64,000 nucleotides of DNA from Candidatus Onthovivens sp. (lineage in GTDB: Bacteria > Bacillota_I > Bacilli_A > RFN20 > CAG-826). Below are positions 60,972 through 64,000 of this stretch, in pieces. The stretch's first letter is position 1. Every line of letters starts with the position of its first letter. The notes below the pieces were generated by a model that was not told the origin of the DNA, made no database searches, and saw only the letters and a program-made list of their open reading frames with translations. The stretch is from assembly GCA_035270825.1 (NCBI GenBank), contig DATESL010000004.1, forward strand, positions 54,712 to 118,711, written 5' to 3'. Position numbers and translations under genes: made by a program.

Positions 60972-63124
60972 TTTCCAATTCCTTCTTTTTTATAAACGCT
61001 CACGCTATATGGTTGAATCATAATTGTTTGTACATGAATATCAGAATTTTTAATATAACCAATTTCACCAGCTATAAGATAATGATAATCACCTAGATCA
61101 TGAACGATTGTTTGATTGGTTGGATTAAAAATCAGTAAATAAGAGACATTTTTATCATTTGGAGAATTAACGCTCACTGATATTGCTCCATTTGGTAAGT
61201 CATGAAAGAAATGATTTTTTCCAATTTCAATACTGTCTTGAAGATCATTAATTTTAAGGTTTTTCCTTAATTCAATCATCGTCTTTAAATAAAGAACATA
61301 TTCATAACGTTGATCGAGGATATCATAACGGAATTTATTATATTCGTCGCCCTTATTATAGGTGTTATCGACAAACTTTTTCGTTAAACCGATTTCTTGT
61401 CCAGCATGGAAAAAAGGAACTCCATAAGATAATAAAATTGCCTCATTAATTGAAAAGACAATTTTCATAATTCTTTTTACGTCTTTTTCATCGCCAATTG
61501 ATTTAGCGATTTTATCAAAAAGTGTGAAGTTATCATGACATTCACAGTAGTTAATAGATTGATTTGGTCCAATAAATCTTGGATCATAGACATATTTAAC
61601 TGACGTTGAAAGAAGCGAATACTTAAAACCTTCACGGAAATCAGTATTACCAGCAAAATAGCCAGGAAGTGATAACTTATCTTCTCCATTAGGTCCACGT
61701 AAAATATCACGGTAAACATCGTTAAAGAAACCAATTTCAGGCATTTGGAAGGAATTTATAATAGCAGCTCTTTCATCAACTGCAAGATTTGTATCCATAT
61801 TCCAACCTTCGCCATAAATCATGGCATCTTTTTTAATACTTCTGATTTCTTCAGCAACTAAATTCATAGTTGTAATATCTGTTAAACCCATTAAATCAAA
61901 TCTAAAACCATCAATGCCATATTCCTTAACCCAGTATTTACAGCAATCAACGATCAATTTTCTTGTCATCAAACGTTCACTAGCAACATCGTTCCCACAT
62001 CCACTTCCAGTACATAAAACTCCGTTCTTATTTTTTCTAAAATAATAGTTAGGAACGATGATTTCTAGTGGTGAACGTAAAACGTCGTAAACGTGATTAA
62101 AAACCACGTCCATATTAACTTTAATTTTCTTCTTGTGAAAAGCTGCAATCGCTTTTTTAAGTTCGATTATTCTTGAATAAGGATCGTTTGGATCAGAAGA
62201 AAATCCGCCCTCTGGGCAAAAATATTGTTGTGGATCATAACCCCAGTTATAGGATTTATCTGTATTTAATTCATCAACTGTACAATAATCATAAATTGGT
62301 AATAATTGAACATGAGTCATTCCCATAAATTCAATGTGATCAATTCCAGCCATATGACCTTTTTTAGTTGTTCTTTTTGTCTCGGTTAGACCAAGATATT
62401 TACCCTTATTAACAATATTAGTATTATTGTCGATTGTAAAATCACGAACATGAAGTTCATAAATTATTGCATCGGTATTATTTTTATAAGTTGGCAGTCC
62501 TTTTTCATATAAATCAATTTTAGTTTTATTAAAATCGACAACGACTGAATCTCTCCCGTTTGCCGAAGAAGCTTTTCCATATGGATCAGTTGTAATAATT
62601 GAAGTCCCACTATTAGTTACTTGGTAACGATATTTATAACCATCAAAATCTCCATTTAAAGTTAATGAATAAACTCCCTTTTCTTCACGAGTCATTACAT
62701 AAGATTGGAATTTTTCATTTCCTTTTTTTAATAAAACTACACAACGACTAGCTAAAGGAGCCCAAACTTTAAAAGTAGTAGCTTTTTTAGTATAGGTAAA
62801 ACCTAAATCATCGCCATTATAAAAATAATTTTTATCAAAGTCTTCAAAATCGGTAGCACCATTAACATTTAATGGATAAATTCCAAATGGATAAAGAGAA
62901 ATATTATAATCATTCCCTAATTCAAAACCTTCTTCAAAAAAACAATCAAACATAAAAACACCATTTAAGAATGTTTGTTTTTTAATGGCTAGTTTTTCAA
63001 TTCGATCAGTATTAATATGAAGAAGAAAAGGATGATTGATATTCTTTTCGACTTCACTAAAAATAGCAATACGTACTGTATTCTTATCGATTAAGTTCGT
63101 CCCAAAATATGTATTACTAATCAT
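60968..63124 (-). CDS. pulA: Type I pullulanase / GH13 debranching enzyme (cytoplasmic; no signal peptide seen).
   Basis: YNWGYDP pullulanase signature, GH13 catalytic regions (DGFRFDLMG, EGWN), N-terminal CBM48-like domain. Confidence 0.85.
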   Translation of the reverse strand: MISNTYFGTNLIDKNTVRIAIFSEVEKNINHPFLLHINTDRIEKLAIKKQTFLNGVFMFDCFFEEGFELGNDYNISLYPFGIYPLNVNGATDFEDFDKNYFYNGDDLGFTYTKKATTFKVWAPLASRCVVLLKKGNEKFQSYVMTREEKGVYSLTLNGDFDGYKYRYQVTNSGTSIITTDPYGKASSANGRDSVVVDFNKTKIDLYEKGLPTYKNNTDAIIYELHVRDFTIDNNTNIVNKGKYLGLTETKRTTKKGHMAGIDHIEFMGMTHVQLLPIYDYCTVDELNTDKSYNWGYDPQQYFCPEGGFSSDPNDPYSRIIELKKAIAAFHKKKIKVNMDVVFNHVYDVLRSPLEIIVPNYYFRKNKNGVLCTGSGCGNDVASERLMTRKLIVDCCKYWVKEYGIDGFRFDLMGLTDITTMNLVAEEIRSIKKDAMIYGEGWNMDTNLAVDERAAIINSFQMPEIGFFNDVYRDILRGPNGEDKLSLPGYFAGNTDFREGFKYSLLSTSVKYVYDPRFIGPNQSINYCECHDNFTLFDKIAKSIGDEKDVKRIMKIVFSINEAILLSYGVPFFHAGQEIGLTKKFVDNTYNKGDEYNKFRYDILDQRYEYVLYLKTMIELRKNLKINDLQDSIEIGKNHFFHDLPNGAISVSVNSPNDKNVSYLLIFNPTNQTIVHDLGDYHYLIAGEIGYIKNSDIHVQTIMIQPYSVSVYKKEGIGK

Positions 63125-63434
63125 AAATTACAACCCCCACTGTGTATTCCTTTTCGTGTGATAACGAGCATTTATACATCTTACTTTGATATAAGATACC
63201 AACTGCACCACTTTCTTTTTTGACTACTTCTATTTCTTTTAAATCAAAGGCAAGAATATTTCCTTCTATTGATTTAATAAAGGCTTCTTTTAAACAAAAC
63301 CTACTGGCAAGGTAGGTTGCTTTAAGATCAGATTTTTTATATTCTTCTAGTTCATTCAAAGAAAGGATTTTAAGTGCTAGTTTCTCCTTATCAATGAAAC
63401 GAGGAATATAAGCCATATCAATTCCAATATTCAT
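63117..63434 (-). CDS. acpS: Holo-[acyl-carrier-protein] synthase.
   Basis: MNIGIDMAYIPRF..., 105 aa, 4'-phosphopantetheinyl transferase fold. Confidence 0.85.
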   Translation of the reverse strand: MNIGIDMAYIPRFIDKEKLALKILSLNELEEYKKSDLKATYLASRFCLKEAFIKSIEGNILAFDLKEIEVVKKESGAVGILYQSKMYKCSLSHEKEYTVGVVIYD

Positions 63435-64000
63435 CAGGTTTCTTTCTTCGAAGGATCAAGAGTACTAACGTCCGTACTACCTCTATTTTCAGAGCCACGA
63501 GCCTTACTAATATTGTATTTTTCATTATGAATGATAACTCGAATTCCACGAGCATTATTGTTTGATTCAACATCATCGATAATTCCATCAGCTTTTAATT
63601 TTTCAGAAAATCTTTTAGCTTTTGGATAACCCATTGAGAAAGCACTACAGATTTTAGCAATTGAAATATATTCTTGACCCATTGTATATTGAACTAATTC
63701 ATTATATAAATCATCATCAGTATAGCGGTCATTTTTATTTCCACTGAGCATATCTGGTTCAGAAATAATAGGTTTTTCAACAACGCGCATTATTCTCTCA
63801 TCATAAGCTTTAGGATATCTTGAACGATACCAATCACAAACATTAGAGATTTCTTGTTTGCTAACAAATGAACCTTGAACTCTGGTTAATTCACGACTTG
63901 TTCTGGCAAGAACTGGAGATTTAACAAGCATGTCCCCGTTTCCGAGAAGCTTTTCAGCACCCACTGAATCAAGAATAACACTAGAGTCATTTCCCGAAGC
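63434..64000 (-). CDS. ftsK: DNA translocase FtsK/SpoIIIE, C-terminal part only. The reading frame is open to the window end, so the N-terminus lies beyond it.
   Basis: GNGDMLV...RVQGSFVSKQEI (motor domain end) and the gamma winged helix (YTMGQEYISIAKICSAFSMGYPKAKRFSEKLKADGII). Confidence 0.8.
   Translation of the reverse strand, partial: ASGNDSSVILDSVGAEKLLGNGDMLVKSPVLARTSRELTRVQGSFVSKQEISNVCDWYRSRYPKAYDERIMRVVEKPIISEPDMLSGNKNDRYTDDDLYNELVQYTMGQEYISIAKICSAFSMGYPKAKRFSEKLKADGIIDDVESNNNARGIRVIIHNEKYNISKARGSENRGSTDVSTLDPSKKET

Noticed and set aside
1-64000. Possibility that UGA encodes Trp (Mycoplasma/Spiroplasma code), which would alter the gene calls.
   Set aside because: Conserved proteins (DnaK, AlaS, ParC, LepA and others) are full-length and colinear with homologues under the standard code, and TGG is used at conserved Trp positions. 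No in-frame TGA is needed.
1-64000. CRISPR arrays, rRNA or tRNA genes.
   Set aside because: No regularly spaced direct repeats were seen. All intergenic regions of ≥75 nt (3756-3854, 4389-4584, 12868-13060, 29771-29897, 37849-37959, 40683-40775, 45895-45992, 49872-49961, 53792-54023, 58850-58944) were read, and none contains a GTTCRANYC T-loop/acceptor pattern or rRNA-like sequence.

Overview
This is a strongly AT-rich 64 kb chromosomal segment from a low-GC Gram-positive organism (Firmicutes/Mollicutes-like, plausibly Erysipelotrichia- or Acholeplasma-like; the taxon is a guess). The standard genetic code is used: long ORFs with conserved domains are uninterrupted and TGG codes Trp, so there is no sign of UGA recoding. 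Coding density is high, roughly 70 genes and almost no intergenic space, and nearly everything is housekeeping. Gene order mirrors Bacillus subtilis over long stretches: xerD-deoB; yqeG-yqeH-yqeI-yqeK-rsfS; parC-parE/plsY; efp; ispG/nfo/cshB/ispH; yqfO-trmK-sigA-dnaG-glyQS-recO-era-cdd-ybeY-(X)-rpsU-deoC; mtaB-(X)-rsmE-(X)-dnaJ-dnaK-grpE-hrcA-hemW-(X)-lepA; fmt/rpsT/holA-comEC-comEA; greA-DUF1292-ruvX-alaS preceded by an Ala T-box leader; mnmA-dtd/rarA/pdp/rsmF/plsC-pulA-acpS-ftsK (partial). I found no rRNA, tRNA, CRISPR array or obvious mobile element. The most interesting content is a set of lineage-specific genes sitting in otherwise conserved slots: (1) a complete C39 bacteriocin-processing peptidase domain fused to a 6-TM domain with no ABC ATPase, occupying the phoH slot upstream of ybeY; (2) a RecB/Cas4-type PD-(D/E)xK nuclease domain fused to an XPD/DinG-type FeS helicase; (3) an orphan MazF/PemK-family toxin homologue with an N-terminal extension and no visible antitoxin; (4) a 460-aa protein whose apparent Fic motif is degenerate (KPFETYCEEVG in place of HPFxDGNGR); (5) an EF-P whose tip-loop residue is Met instead of the modified Lys/Arg; (6) a YqeK(HD)-RsfS fusion with nadD absent. 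Every call here comes from reading the translations against remembered family motifs. No database search was run.
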